Shown here: piece after piece, positions 26,623-41,145 of the stretch
How positions within the stretch are numbered: the first letter of the stretch is position 1
Layout of the letters: each line of letters begins with the position of its first letter
Assembly: GCA_965112155.1 (NCBI GenBank)
Contig: OZ218103.1
Direction: 5' to 3' (one strand)
Origin: Podarcis liolepis
Lineage: Eukaryota
Length of the DNA stretch: 64,000 bases
Position numbers and translations under genes: made by a program
Notes under the pieces: generated by a model
What the model saw: the letters and a program-made list of their open reading frames with translations, nothing else
Told to the model about the DNA's origin: nothing
Database searches by the model: none

Positions 26623-29600
26623 TAAGTCAGAGAAATGTGGTGCATGTTGATTCTGTGTGTGCAGTGCAGCTGAGATTAGTAGCAGCCTCATATGGTACTG
26701 TGACATGGGGCAAGGGGTCCTAATGCAGGCCTCTGAGGAAAATAGAATATAACATTATAGACAAAGATGGTACTAGGATTTTAATGCCAGCCTGATCATC
26801 AAGCATAGCCTCTCCACCCTGACCAGTTCTAGAAATCCATAACTGAATACTTTTAATATCAGATTCCAACAGCCTAAATGAGTGATATGACATGGGGGAA
26901 TGGTAATTTCTATGGCTGTTTCACAGTCTGATGGAGTTTTTGCTTCATCAATGAATCATGGTGGGAATCTTATCCCATAGAGCTACATACAAAGAATAAA
27001 AACTCAGCGTGGCTTCCTGTGTGAAATAGTGGCTTGGGAGGCAGGGCTGTAGAGCTCCTCTCCAGCCTTATGCTCAAAGGCATAATGCAGATGTTCAAAG
27101 GCATTCAAAGTGGGAGGAAGGAATCGGAACCATTGTGGCAAGTCCCCATCACCTTGCTGGACCCAACCTCCATTAGAGGACAAGTTTCTATACAGGCAAC
27201 AACAACTCATTTATGTGTGATGTATTTGCACACGACCAACACGTACAAGCAGTGCTAGGAACCTGGAAGATGAACCTGGAAATATGGAGCTCCCTGGAGA
27301 GTCCTCCTGGCTCACGAGGAGACCTTCCCCAGAGCCCAAAGAGGACTTCAATGTGAGCTGGAGGGGCACCAGGGCTTGCTCAGCTGATGCACGGGGAAGC
27401 AGCAACAGTGGCTGTTACGCCCCACATGTCAGCTGTTTGGCGGGGAGGTTGAGCAACTCAGTAAAGCCCCTCTGCCCCTCCAGCTCACAAGGAAACCCTC
27501 TTTGGTGGGTCTGGGGTGAGTCTCCATGCAAGCCACTAGGATTCTCCAAGTTGCTCCCTGTTTTACACAATTTTACGTATGCATGCAGGGGCCCAGAATG
27601 TAGCTACCACATAAATGGAGAGTTGCTTTTTAGTATGATATGTGCTGGCAAAGGGGGCGGGGGAGGCTCTTCATGCATAGGCTATTGTGCAGATGTGTCC
27701 TCCAACACAGGGAGGTCAGACATAACAAATAGTGAGATCTGATTTCAATCCCTATCCCCATGTTTACTCTTTGAATGTGCACAGGGATTTATGGAGGGTT
27801 CTTTCACCCCTGTATAGCTGTGCCCTTCCCAGTTGCCTGGGTGTCACTGAGCTTAAGATGCATGTGTTTAAAGATATCCTCAGAGACATGGATTTCAGTG
27901 TGGAGAACCTTGGGCGGAGGGTTCCCCAGAAAGTACCATCTTTTGTAGTGAACATTTATGCTCACAGAATATTTTATGTTTCCATGCCAACCACAGGGCA
28001 GGGAGATGTGCACTTGGACTGTGGTTTACTTGTCTCTTTAGTCAAATAGACTTGAGTCAGGAGATTGGAAATGGGGAATTTGCAGAGAGAGGGAAGTAGC
28101 TGAATGAAGGGGGGGTGATGTATGTGGAGGGAGAAAAGACAAACGCAGGCATGTATCCTTCCTTGCTTTGCTGAGTTTTATTGCTGAAAGCAGAACACCA
28201 GTGCTTTGTGTGATAAGAGGACAACAGAACTGAGTTACAGAGAGTGCAATAGGGACCAGCCTATGCTCCATCCTAGGCAAAAAGGAATCAACCCCAGATT
28301 ATTGTAGAAAAAGCTTGTCGGTATTGATGGATGGTGTGTGGGGGGGTACCTGTTAAGTGTATCTCCCCCTGCCCCCTTAAGCATTCAGTCAGCAGTGTGA
28401 AAGTAGCCTCCTTCATCGTGGATTTGCACAGCTGTTGCTAAGTCTTTGCCAGTGCCTAATAAGAAATGCTAGGCTGGATCAGACCAGTGGTCCATATAGT
28501 TGACTTCCTGACACTGCCCCCACCCCCAGATATAATAGACATTTTTACAAAGTAGGAATGAAAATGAGAATCTGTTCTCTGTTGCTATTCTCCCACCATC
28601 TGACATAGTGGCCATTTATGTTTCTTTCCTTCCCATATTTTATCTAGCCTGATTTGAAAACAATTTGTTCTAGCTGCATAAGAGCATTCTGCAGCGAAGT
28701 TAATCATGCATTCTGTAGCAAAGTTTGTTTAACTAAAAAACCATTTGTTTTAATTTCAATGAGTAGCCTCAAGGTTTATGACAATTTCCCCTTGTCATTC
28801 TTCCTATACCATTCTTGATCTCTATCCAGCCCCTCCTCAGTAATGTTTTCCCCCCAAAGCTAAATAACCCTCAAAACCTTTTTCCACAAGGATTATTGAC
28901 CTGTTGTATTTTCTTGTCCTTTTCTGTACCAGCTGCTTTCCTATAATGTCCCTTTTTTGTGGGGAGGGCAACCAGAGTGATATGCAGTCACCCCAAATAC
29001 TGCCATATACATGAAACGGATACAATAGGGAAGAGGAGGACAGTGGGCTGTTGCACTGTGTTCATTCTAGAAAAAAAGCAGAGGTAGGGAATAGGTTGGT
29101 TCTGAAAGTGTTTGTGAACTTAAAGCTAACCTAGTTTTCTGGGGCAGGTAATGGCTGTTGCAAACATACCAAAGTGGCAGCAACTTTGTGTGCCAAGCAA
29201 CTTTGTGCATGAAGCAGTTCCCCACCACCACTCCAATGCAATTCTTCTCCTTCACATTTGTCTTGAGAGAGCTAAAATTGCGAGAATAGGTTGGGAGTTA
29301 GTTTGCACAAACAGTTTGCCAAGTAGACATGCCTCCATGTGCTTGCATTTAAGCAGCAGACAGAGTATTTGTCTGTGGTTATTAACTGGGCCATGGAACT
29401 CCAATACAGGCTTTTCAGTTTTAGAATGGTGCTTGCATTTAAGGTAAACATGAAATGACCCTTTTTTTGTGTGTCAGAATAAATGAATATCCAAAGTCCA
29501 TTTTGCTTTATTTTGGGGCTGTCCAGTTATCAGAAGATGCTCCACAGAGTGTGTTTCTCCAAGATAACATGTTCGGTAAGGCCCTTTGGGCACTTGTCTC

Positions 29601-29959
29601 TCTCCTGCCTCGCTGCTTGTTGAGATGCACATTATCTCCTAGTAGCACACTTCCCCTCCTCCCCCTCCTAATTACTTCCTATGAAATGGAGGATGCAGTA
29701 GTACCCTCAAGGTGACATACTTCCATGAGTTAGCATACCATCCAGCCAGATATGGTGGGTAGGGAAGATTCACTGACACACTTGTTCCTCTGCACTGAAC
29801 TGAGTTCATACCACTACTCTTTAGAAGCCTGCCTTACTACCAGTCACAGATATGATGCACCCACTTCAAGGGAACCATCAATTAAGTAGTCATAGTAGCT
29901 TCAGGGTGGAATCAGACAAACAGGTACCTGATGGGTGGGAGTAAAAGATTGATCTAAGC

Positions 29960-30095
29960 CAGGCATAGGCAAACTTGGCCCTCCACATGTTTTGGGACTA
30001 CAACTCCCATCATCCCTGACCACTGGTCCTGTTAGCCAGGGATGGTGGGAGTTGTAGTCCCAAAACATCTGGAAGGCCAAGTTTGCCTATGTGTG
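29960..30095. mobile_element. Palindromic hAT MITE
   Basis: Near-complete fold-back caggcataggcaaacttggccctcca...tctggaaggccaagtttgcctatgtgtg. 8-bp TSD atctaagc / atctaaac (1 mismatch). Related degraded copies at ~3840-3955, ~49780-49915 and ~51597-51880. Confidence 0.85.
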
Positions 30096-32863
30096 ATCTA
30101 AACTCTAGACTAGCTCTTGGGGATTCTCCAGGTGAAAGGGTTCACTTTTAACATCTGTCTTTTTCAGTGCTTGCTCAAGCTTGTCCCTTTTCTTATCTCC
30201 AAGCTGTCTCCCAGCCTAGGACCTTTGAGCACGGTTTCAGATGAATGCTAGCAAGTAGCACTTTCTCAGGCCCAGCAGCAATGCTGTGTGTGGGTATTGT
30301 TGCTCTGGACTTTGACTTCGTGGATTTGGGGAGCTCAATGCTTCAAAAGGTTTCCACTTCTTCTGGAGAGCAATCAATGGGGGGGGGGTACCTATTTGGT
30401 GCCTTGTTATGACCTGCAGGGCCTGGCAGCTTCGTGGTACATATCATCCTCACCTTTCATGTTTGCATACTACATAAAAGCATATTCATTCACTGCCTCC
30501 AAAGCTTTTGCAATTGGCAGCAGAATCAGCAATATGTGAGTCTCCAGGGCCCTATGTGTTCTGGGGAACTGGCCCAGACTGCCTTTTCCATAGGAAACTT
30601 CCCTTGCACTCTCCCAGTTTCTGCACCGCTCAATAGAAAGTGCCCTGAAGCCCAGGTATATTAGAGACCTCTCATCCCATTTTGCAGACAGTGGGTCTTG
30701 GGATGTGGCCTGCCTGGTAAAGATATATTCTAAACCAGCTGTTCTTCCTTTGTAGCACTTTTATTAAGGGGGTCTCCTTATTTTCCCAGCAACTGAGGGA
30801 GCCACTGGGCACTGCCAGCAGTAAATGAATTTCCAGGTTGTAAGCGTGTTCATGACATTAATGAGAAGCGAGTGATGCCAGAAGAAAGACTCTCTTATCT
30901 GGTTTAGTGCCATCGTGCATCAGCTTCAGCATAAAATTTACAGAGCTTGAAAATGGGGCATAAACATTATGGGTAAATTTGGCAGAAAATGTGAGTGACT
31001 CTTATCTGGTCATGAATAAATAATTTTCAATTACCAGTTTGGGCTTTGCTATTAAACCCTAGGATAGAGTACTTGAAAGTTTGCTTTGTGTTTGAACATA
31101 AACACTGTAATCTCCCCAGAGTTGGGCAGGAAAAGGGTGACATTTGCTGAAGAAGCAGTTGGACACAGCCAGGCCTGCACTGCCATTTGCTATATTAGCT
31201 GTCACTTGGGTGGGGCAGCTTACCAGTAAGCCAGACAACAGACCTTCCTTCTTGAGCACATACTTCTGTGACCTCAGGAGAACCAGGATCCCAGCTACCT
31301 GTAGCTCCTCTACAGACTTCCCTAACTGCCCAGGAAGTTGCTTCTGACCTTAAGCAGTGATTCTGAAGGTGAAGAAGTTGTACCCCAGCAGTTCTAGGGT
31401 GCACTTAAATCTCTTATCTAGGCATGTTTACTAAGCCCACCCATTAAAATATCCTCAATTAACAGGCGGAACACCAATGATTTCTAATTAGGGTGTTGTT
31501 CCATGTCCTCCATTCCCTAGAAACACACACAGCTAATAATTGAGCTTACCATTACTTGACAGGTCCAGATGATCCTCATTCATTCTCCCTTGTAGAGGTT
31601 CTGTTGTAGCCAGGCTTTAGTTGGGAAGGAGAAATAGGGAGAGGCAGAATAGGAAGCAGAGTACAAGGGACGGGTGGGTGGATAGGTGAAGCAGGAGGTG
31701 GAGAGGAATAGCAGCAGACACACATGGAATTTAGTTTTTAAAATAGGGAAGTTTTGAGCAAAGGAACAAGACATCTTCCCTGCCACCTCTCTCCACCATG
31801 GAATAGGCTATACAGAGAGCAATTTACATCCAGGAAAATGTGTTGGTGCTTCCCACTAATGCATCTTAGTCAAATGGGAGTGGGAAAATTCGTCCTTGCT
31901 GTGTGGACTGCCCACAGCGCATTTATAGACAGGAAGTACACTTCCAGGTCTTGGGCTTTGACAAAGAGAGAGAACTAGATGAAAATATGCTTCATAGCTT
32001 GATGCATCTCTCACATATTTGGCACCTTCCCAGCAAAGCAGGCCAATCCTACTTCAGCAGAGAGCAGCATTTTCAGCTATCCTTTAGAGGGGCTCCTTCT
32101 AGCAGGCATACACTGGCATTTCTTCAGGGCCTGGAGAAGCTCAAGCTAAACCCCCCAAAATGTCCATTCTGTGGCTCCGTTTGACTCTTTTCTCTTGCTA
32201 GACATTTTTTTGGTTCAAACTGGCTGTCTCAGTTGCCCTTCAAGAATCTACTACTCCGTCCCCACTTAGAGCATCTTATCCCCACCTGCTGTCTCCTGGA
32301 GAGGACATTGCCAGTGACCGTCATGGCAGGAACCCTGGCAGATTCCCAAGCAGAGGATGATAGACTGTGGCCAGGCTTCCCACATTCACCACTGAGGGGG
32401 AGGAAAGATCAGTACATTTGTCTACAGACACCAATCTTCTCAAAGAGCAGGGAAAGGACAGAAAATTACAGGGGAAGAAATTGCTTTTGAATAGACCATT
32501 TCTCTCTGTTGCACTCCCCTTGCCCATTAACATTCTTGCTCCTTATTCCTACCTTTGAGCATCAAGTATCTTGTCTTTCCTTGTTTCCTACCAGACCATC
32601 CAGTATTACTGGCCTTTTGCAGAACAAAGTAGAGGGTCAAACAAAAATACCCACTTGCTTTGTAAGCCTCAGCCAAATGCAGTAAAGGTGTTTTGCGTTT
32701 CTACACTACTCAGAGTGTGTCTATACCAGCCATTGGCTCCTAGCAGGGGCAATTTGAGTAAGGCGAGAAAACCAGGCTCTGAGGCATCTTAGGGGCATAT
32801 GTGGAGCCCATTGATAACTTCACCCCCAAACATTGACCCATTATTTCATTTTTCTCAATGCAG

Positions 32864-32983
32864 GTGAAGTGTGACCAGTACTGGCCAGGCCGTGGTACAG
32901 AGACCTATGGATTGATCCAGGTGACATTGCTGGACACAGTTGAACTTGCCACATACACAGTTCGGACATTCGCCCTCTACAAG
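32864..32983 (+). CDS. PTPRF: PTPRF exon, D1 KCDQYWP motif
   Basis: atgcag| [40 protein letters not shown] |gtaaag; 120 nt. Confidence 0.96.
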
Positions 32984-33528
32984 GTAAAGGAGGAAGGAAA
33001 GTGTGGGCAGCCAAGGTCTTGCAAGAGCGCCCAGGAAGTATCTTTCCCAGAGAGTTACATGAAAGTGCAAGGAGTTATACTGACTCTTTCACAGATGCTT
33101 GACGTGAGAGAACCCAACATCAAATACAGGCTGAAGTGGAAGAGCCATCTACACACATTTCACTCCCAGCCCAGTCTTGCCTTATTCTGCCAAGGAGCTT
33201 ATTCTTTGTGCATCTTGGCCTTGCAGTGAAGGCCAAGCCATGTGTTCTCATTGTGCTGGTGAACTAACCTGAAGGTTAAAATGGCCTGAGGAATTCCATC
33301 TATCTATACAGCTATTAGCCATGGCTCTCAAAGCAGCTGATAAAATACAGCAAACAACAAATCACAGTGGGCAGCCAAAAATTCAGCATGAAACAAAAAT
33401 AGAACAGAACAGATTGTGAACATATTATGAAAGGAAGTGTATGGAATGAATGAGGAACCACCAGCCAGGTGCCATGTGCAGCCCTAAAGCCTCCAAATCT
33501 AACCCACAGCCTCCCCTCTTCAGTGTGT

Positions 33529-33553
33529 CACACACACACACACACACACACAC
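33529..33553. repeat. (CA)n microsatellite
   Basis: Seen directly in the sequence. Confidence 0.9.
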
Positions 33554-34378
33554 AGGGCTTGCAACAGCCTTTCCTCTGAGCACACAATAGTCTGTTTTGA
33601 AACCTTAATGCAGGGAGGGGGCATGAGTGTGCAGAGTTAGAGAGGAAAGAATTAACCCTCCCTTTCCCATATACTGTGGCCCCACCACCCAAAGTTGCCT
33701 CCTCCCCACAGAAAGCAGCCTTCTATTGGCTCAAATGAGAGGCTGTTTCCAAGAACAATCTTTGTTGAGATTGCGGCTGGGGAGGGAAGAATTAACCGTC
33801 CCCTCCCAATCTGCAATCACCATAAATGTTGCCTCTTTCCCCTCTGGGAATTAGGCTTTTCCCCCAAGCCTAATTACTTGTAGGGTGGGGGGAGGCGAGT
33901 ATTAACGTCTGTGTGTGCCATGTAGGATGGTAGTATGTATCTGCTGTGTGTGTGAACACTTGATAGTATAGTCCTCTCCAGATGTTCAGGATGTGGCTGT
34001 ACAACATGCAGGGAGCATCTACAGTCACAAAAGGCTGCTTACTTCACACAGTCCTCTTCCACAAGTTGGAAGGCAAAATGATGAAGGGGCTGATGTAGCA
34101 CACTCATCCCTGTTGTTTCCCCACCCCAAAAAGACCCATTGAAATTTTACCAATTGAAGAGAGCTTTTGTCATCCATCCCTCCGTTTTGGCCCAACCACC
34201 ATAGGGCTGTGGCTATGAGGCAGTGCAGCCCTTGGGCTGAAACAAAGGGTTTCCCATCCCTGGTGTACAGTAATCCTGTGCCCTGAAGTGTCTGAAGGCA
34301 TGGAATTTTTAAACCAGAGAAATAAGCCCACTGTCCACTGCACCACCACTAGCTGGCATATTTTGGCTTCTTCCATAG

Positions 34379-34533
34379 AACGGGTCCAGTGAAAAGCGGG
34401 AGCTGCGGCAGTTCCAGTTTATGGCTTGGCCTGACCATGGGGTGCCAGAGTACCCTACCCCGATCTTAGCCTTCCTGAGAAGAGTGAAAGCCTGCAACCC
34501 CCCTGATGCTGGGCCAGTGGTTGTACATTGCAG
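34379..34533 (+). CDS. PTPRF: PTPRF exon, D1 WPD loop and catalytic Cys
   Basis: ccatag| [51 protein letters not shown](S) |gtaagg; 155 nt. Confidence 0.96.
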
Positions 34534-34799
34534 GTAAGGACTAGTAGTATAAAGGAATGGGAAGGGCCTGCCAGTCTCTGTATTTTGGCAGGGGTGCACC
34601 TGTTGGGATTTACAGTCAGCCTGGTGCCGCCGCTGCTGCTGCTGCTGCTGCAAGAGCAATGAAATCATCATTACTCTGCTAGCATAAGTAGCTCTTTGCA
34701 GTCAGTGCCCATCATCGCAACACTTAATTCACTATTTTTACCTGAGAAGCAACAACAATATTTTTAAAATTAAAACATTTCAGAGGGGAATTCTGCATA

Positions 34800-34905
34800 T
34801 TTATTATATATTTATTTTATTGCATTTCTATCCTACCTTTTCCTCCAAGGAGCTCAAGGTGGGGTACATGGTTTTTCCTCTCTCCATTTTATCCTCACAC
34901 CAACC
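34800..34905 (-). mobile_element. MIR/Squam2-like SINE or L2 tail fragment
   Basis: T-rich tail followed by tcctccaaggagctcaaggtggggtacatgg...attttatcctcac; family assigned from memory. Confidence 0.4.
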
Positions 34906-35978
34906 AATGGCAATAATACTGATGACAGAAACCCACAAATCCATCTCACATAAAATGCAAGCATACTTTAGCATCCATAAAATGTGCAATTATTACTCTG
35001 TTATTGACTTGCTTCTATTTCCCCCCTGTACCTGAAGGCTTAGGCTAGCTACAACATATTAAAATGAACCTTCAAGGTAGAATATCTAACTGAACCACAC
35101 AGCAAGATGAAATATCCCAGCACCATGCATACACAATTCAGGAAACTTTTATGCCTAATCTAAACTTACAGCTCAAACATTCATATTCTGCTAACAAGTA
35201 TGTGCATTCACAACACAAAAACATATGGGACACCATTCTGCACAAACATACACATGCCATCTATTTACAGAGCATGACACACCATCTGCATGTGCACTCA
35301 TATAATCTCTTGCTGCACTTCAGGATGGAAAGAAATGACTGCTTCAGCCACAAACATTAGTTCACTAGGAATCAGCATCTTATCTGGCCAGTGATTTATC
35401 TCTTGTAGCTGAGTGGGAACTATTACTGAACAAACCACTTCATCACTGCAGCTCTCACGAACTCCTTAGAAACGGTATTTAATGCTCTCCCTTCATGCTC
35501 TGGTTCAGATGGGAGTGGTGTATAATTAACACACGCTCTCTCCCTATTAAAACCCTGTTAGGAATTTGACATGAGCAGCGGCAAGGAGATGTCCTGCTGT
35601 AGAATTCTTAGCTGTCAGACATCACATTTGTTGTTTGTTGGCGTGTTTTTGGTTGTGCTGGTTTGTGCACTGGGAGCAGGACCAAGTTATACACTTCAAA
35701 AAGCCTCCACCAAGGAAGATTTGGGTTTGCTGGTTTTGTAAGAAGGAACATTACTCAGAAAGTGTGCACAGGGCAGGGGCAGAGAGACCATAGTGCAGAA
35801 TCCTCATTCCATTTGCTCTATTCAGGTGCGTCAACCTGCCTCTCTGAGGGTTCTTCCGAGAAAGTGTGAACTTGAATCAGTCCCTGCAGTATGCGGTGGG
35901 TTGGGGCAGGGCTTGGTGAAGGCTTAGAACTGATTCTGAAGGAAGTACTATTTCATGATTTGTGCCATGCTTTTACAG

Positions 35979-36264
35979 CGCCGGTGTGGGCAGGACAGGC
36001 TGCTTCATTGTAATCGATGCCATGCTTGAGAGGATGAAGCATGAGAAGACAGTGGACATCTATGGGCATGTGACATGCATGCGCTCACAAAGAAACTATA
36101 TGGTGCAGACTGAGGATCAGTATATCTTCATCCACGAGGCCTTGCTTGAAGCAGCCACCTGTGGAAACACTGAGGTGCCCGCACGCAACCTCTTTGCTCA
36201 CATCCAGAAGCTGAGTCAGGTACCTCCGGGTGAGAGTGTCACAGCAATGGAACTGGAGTTTAAG
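35979..36264 (+). CDS. PTPRF: PTPRF exon, D1 P-loop/Q-loop and D1-D2 linker
   Basis: ttacag| [23 protein letters not shown]...MVQTEDQY...AMELEFK |gtgagc; 286 nt. Confidence 0.96.
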
Positions 36265-38277
36265 GTGAGCAGAAGAGCATTTGCAATTTTTCCACATGTC
36301 AACACACAGAGTGATCAAGGGGCTGCTCAGCTGGAACTTGCACCCCTGCCTGTCATCCCCCACAGATCTGTGAGCAACTATGAAGAGTTGATTCTTGGGT
36401 TGAAGGGAGATTTTCTAGGGATAATGATTCTTTTGTAAATTTCTAAACCAGGTAGGAAGTGATTAAAATATATTTGCATTGCAGAGTGAGTGTCCTCGAC
36501 ATTTCCCTCCTAGAACGGCAGCTTCTGGCAAGGATATAAAAAAGCAGATTGATATGAAGTTCTCAGCAACATTGCTTTGCAGAGTGGCTGGAGCTGCATC
36601 CAAAATCAGATGCAGATTGGGCATTAGTGGTAATTGATGTCACTATGAACAACTTCGCTGGAAATGCTTCTAGTTTAAATACTTGAGATGTCAACAGCTC
36701 CAGTGCCCCCTGCCTTGCTCCACTTGTACTTCTCCCTAGTATGGAGGAGGAGAGAGGGAGGGCCACTGTCAGGCTTAGCTGGCATATTGCCTGGTGCAAT
36801 TTAAGGAAGTAAAGTCCCCTGGTTGTCACAATTGTCTTTGCTTGCCAGCACCAACACCCACACTTGTGTCGGTTTCACACCAGTTTTTTCTTACAGCCTT
36901 GATACAGGCTGCAATTTTTGCTAATGCCCACATTCTCCAATGATGTGCATTTGTACAGCAAAGGCTGGGGGGGGGGGGGAATAGTTCCTGTGGGGAAGCA
37001 GTGAAGCATGTAGAGTGTGAAACAGACTGTGGAAGCCCTGCTCTACCCTGGGAATAGCCTCTTGCAAAACAGCAGCCATGGAGTCAAAATATTGACTTGC
37101 TGTGGAAACAGCACAAAGCAAAACAGCATTGCCTCTTTGCTCTGAATACTGCTCACACTGGAGGTTTTTTGGGGGTGGGGAATTGGACAAGGCTCTCACC
37201 TCCACCTGCACCTATTCCCAATCCCCAATACTTCCCCAAAGGAGAAGTGAACAAGTGGGGGGTGCCATGCTGCTGCTCCTGGATTCTGACATCACTGCTC
37301 AATGAACGTGAGAGAGGTAATGGCAGCAAGCAAGAGCAGCTGCTGTCGCTACTTGCTAGATGGCTTGCTTTGCCCACCACTGGCTTGCTGTTCTCTGCAG
37401 GTGAGTGAGCAGAGTGGTAACAGCCTCACAATGAGAAGAGGAGGAGTTACTGCCACTTGCTTACTCCAGAAGAGCCAAGGGGCAAGTAGGTGGCAGTGGA
37501 TGCTGCTCTTCCTTGCGGCCGCCACCACTCCCAAGAGAGATGATAGAGGAGACTGGTTGAATTGATAATGGTGAGGAGAGTGAACAGCTGTCACTCAGTG
37601 GTAGTGGGAACTAGGCCTAGCCTGCTCCCAGTGCCAACCAGAGGGAAAGGCAGACATGGAAGCAGGTGGCAGCGTCTGCTTCTTACTGCTGATGCTTATT
37701 GCCTGGAAAGTGGAGGCAAGTAGGCAGTGATAATGAGGAGGAACAACAGGCCTCTGGCAGTCAGTAGTAGACCTCAACAGATGTCAGCAGCTCAGATTGC
37801 AGCCCTGTTTCTGAAAGCAACTTGGTTGTATGTGCCATGCCATACATCAGAGCAGGAGCCACGGAGTGAAAGAAGTGGATGGGTAGAGCTGCAGTAAGAA
37901 TTAAGGGGGAAAGGAGTGGAAAGTGAGTTACATGGAGCAAAACAGATCTCTAAGTCCTCATACAATTAGAAAGAAATTGGGCACCACATCCATAAAGGGT
38001 CCCCTAACTCTTTCTGGTAGAGAATGTGAAAAATTGTCCTTTTCCTGCCAAGCAAGGAAGCTGTCCTGCAAGGAGAAGAAGCTACTAGGCTAAGCAAGGG
38101 CTTATCTCCTGGAGCTGTGGAATTAGCACTGAGCAGCCGGGAATGGGTGGCATTTATAGAGGACCTGTTGGCCGCAGCTCTTCCTAGAGCTGCTTAGAAG
38201 TATACATGGGGCTTGCTTCCTTCTTCTGAGTAGGTCTAATGAATGGGAGACACTGCTGGGCTCAACCAGAGTTTCAA

Positions 38278-38279
<2 letters not shown>

Positions 38280-38348
<69 letters not shown>
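38280..38348. repeat. Compound (CT)n(CA)n microsatellite
   Basis: Seen directly in the sequence. Confidence 0.95.
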
Positions 38349-38351
<3 letters not shown>

Positions 38352-38991
38352 CAAGGTCCTGGAGGAGGGGGTGTCCCAATATTAAAGTCCCCTCAAGAGC
38401 AAGATACATGCTTCTAAGCAGGTCAGGAATGATGTTAGAATGAGTATTAGTAAGGTGCTAATGAGTAAAAGCAAATACTGTAACAAGAGCTCCCAGGGGA
38501 AGAATACTATAGAGTGACCCTAAGTACCCACCTAAGACACACACACACACACGAGCCTATGTTTTTAGGTGTACAAGTAAGATGCTTTAAAATGTGCATC
38601 TAAAATCTATAGTGTGAACTTGAAGAACAGGGTACGCTCATCATGGAGTTGTGACTGGCTATAGATCCTTGCTGAGCTTGTCTCTGCATCATGGGTAAAA
38701 TGACCCTACTTCGGGTGAAAAGACATCCTCCCAGGGTCTTGCCTCCTCAGGACCTTTGCCAGGGTAGGCAGGAATTTTCTTCCTTTTCAAGGCTGCTGGA
38801 ATGCCCCTTTATTTCAGCTGGGCAGAGGTGCTGCTCTAGCCCAGCTTCCTGCATCTTTTGTTACCTCGGTCATTATTCTATGTGCCAGAGTGAATAAATG
38901 TGTGTACATCATATGGGAGCTGCTCCTCCCAGAGTAGTTACAACTTCTGTGTCTCCCTGTCCCCCTCTAATCTGTACTTCTCCCCTAACAG

Positions 38992-39170
38992 CTCCTCGCC
39001 AACTCTAAAGCACATACCTCACGATTCATCAGTGCCAACCTCCCCTGCAACAAATTCAAAAACCGCCTGGTGAATATTATGCCCTATGAGCTGACACGGG
39101 TTTGCCTGCAGCCAATCCGAGGCGTCGAGGGCTCAGATTACATCAATGCCAGCTTTGTAGATGGCTATAG
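38992..39170 (+). CDS. PTPRF: PTPRF exon, start of D2 (KNRL)
   Basis: taacag| [59 protein letters not shown](R) |gtaatg; 179 nt; not in the ORF track. Confidence 0.96.
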
Positions 39171-40795
39171 GTAATGTAGTCATTCTAAACAGAGTTTAAA
39201 CTCTCCTCCTGTGATGTTGCTGTGCTGCTGCTTTACTTTTCCTTTTTTCAAAAAAATGATGCTATTATACAGTATCAGTAGAAATCATAACATTAACCAC
39301 ATCCTAAATATTTCAACATTTCATTAATATATTAAAATAATTTTAAATTGAAGCTTACATCCTTAAATAGGCATCTTAGAATTATCATCTGAAATATAAT
39401 AAATTACTAAAATAGGTATGTTCAAAATTTAGTTATAAATATATTTATAGTATATAAATTACTTTTAAATTTGAATATAAGCTGGACAGCTCTATCTTTC
39501 AATAAGAGCACAGACAGTAGCCTTTCATTAGCAAACATGGGGCTTTTTTCAAGCTGCCTATTCCCCAGAGCCTGGGATCCTGGTAGACGTTACCTTTTCC
39601 CTCTCAGGCTTTATTAGCCTGGGGGTGACAGGTACTGGCTCCTGCATCCTCAGCTTTTCATTAGCCAAGATACTGCTGGGAACCAACTGTACAGTTCACC
39701 TCCCACAATGGGATTGTCTTGCAAAGTTGTTCACAGTTCTGCAATAACAGCAACTGAAATGCATCCTGCCACTTGAAAGCAAAGAAACAGTGAGAAGAGC
39801 AAATCTGCCTCCAAAATGGACTTGGGGATCCTTGAGGAGGGCTGCACCCTCTGTGTGGGGGCAAAGGAAGCATTGTCCTATAACTTACTCCCTGCCCCCA
39901 TTTCCGAGACACCCCATGAGGCTACAAAAACAGCTGTGAGTTGGTAGTGCAAAAAATATCTTAGGAGAGCATTTGAGTGGCAGAGGTCCAGCAACATGGG
40001 GAGGCTTTTCAGTGCAAAACAGGAGCCTGATGCCAGGCCTCTAGGCTGCTGTGCTGGAAACAGAAGAGCAGATGAGGTCCTGGCCACTTATCTGCTTCAG
40101 ATTTCAAGTGCCCAGAGTGTGTTAGAGCCGCCACCTCCATGTGTCTGGTGCTGCAAGAGAGCTGCTAAGGTTGGGAGGGGGGTGCTGGCAAAAATGTGTG
40201 CCAAAGCAGCAGGTGGTAGCATTTCATGTCCTACCTAAACCGTCCCTGCAGGCCCCTGTTTATCTCTTCCCGTCCTTCCCTTTGAAGTGAGCAATCGTTC
40301 TCCACTTTATCTAAAGAGATCAATTGGCCCAAGGAGCTACAGACGGCTCTGAAGCTGCATCTTTATTAGCGCCTTTGTTTCTGCCACCTCCCCTCCCCCC
40401 CGCCCCACTCCTGCCTTTTATGATGTCTTATAAATCCACCTTGGAACAGCTTCCATCTCTGTCCCACACATTACAGCTGTCCTACAACAGATTCATTAAT
40501 TTTTAGCACCAGTGGAGAGATTAAATGAGAGTGGATAAGGCTGAGAGCCTAAGACTACATTCAAGGATCTGTAGTGCCCCATAGTGGTAGAATACAGATG
40601 GCACAGATTCTCTTTTCAATTTTCTGACGTATTTTCCTACATATCACTGTGGAAACAGGATTCACTGTCTTCACTGATAGCATATGTCGGGGTCTGTGTA
40701 TGTATTTGCTCACTACTGTCTAATTTCTGTGAAGTCAGCAATGTAGCTAGAGTTTTGCAGTGGCAGAAATTCCACCCTTTGGGGTCATATACAAC

Positions 40796-41145
40796 ATGCG
40801 GGTGGCGCTGTGGGTTAAACCACAGAGCCTAGGACTTGCCGATCAGAAGGTCGGCGTTTCGAAGCCCCGTGACGGGATGAGCTCCCGCTGCTCGGTCCCT
40901 GCTCCTGCCAACCTAGCAGTTCAAAAGCACGTCAAAGTGCAAGTAGATAAATAGGTACCACTCCGGCAGGAAGGTAAACGGCGTTTCCGTGTGCTGCTCT
41001 GGTTCGCCAGAAGCGGCTTAGTCATGCTGGCCACATGACCCGGAAGCTGTAGGCCGGCTCCCTCAGCCAATAAAGCGAGATGAGCGCCGCAACCCCAGAG
41101 TCGGTCACAACTGGACCTAATGGTCAGGGGTCCCTTTACCTTTAC
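40796..41145 (+). mobile_element. Sauria SINE (lacertid POM/Squam1 type), near full length
   Basis: tRNA-like head gcgggtggcgctgtgggttaaacc with a B-box-like segment, a body containing gtcatgctggccacatgacccgg, and a tail ending ccctttacctttac. Flanked by tacaaca(t/c)gc direct repeats (40790-40799 / 41143-41152). Confidence 0.9.

Noticed and set aside
40796-40880. tRNA gene
   Set aside because: It is the tRNA-derived head of the Sauria SINE, not a complete cloverleaf.
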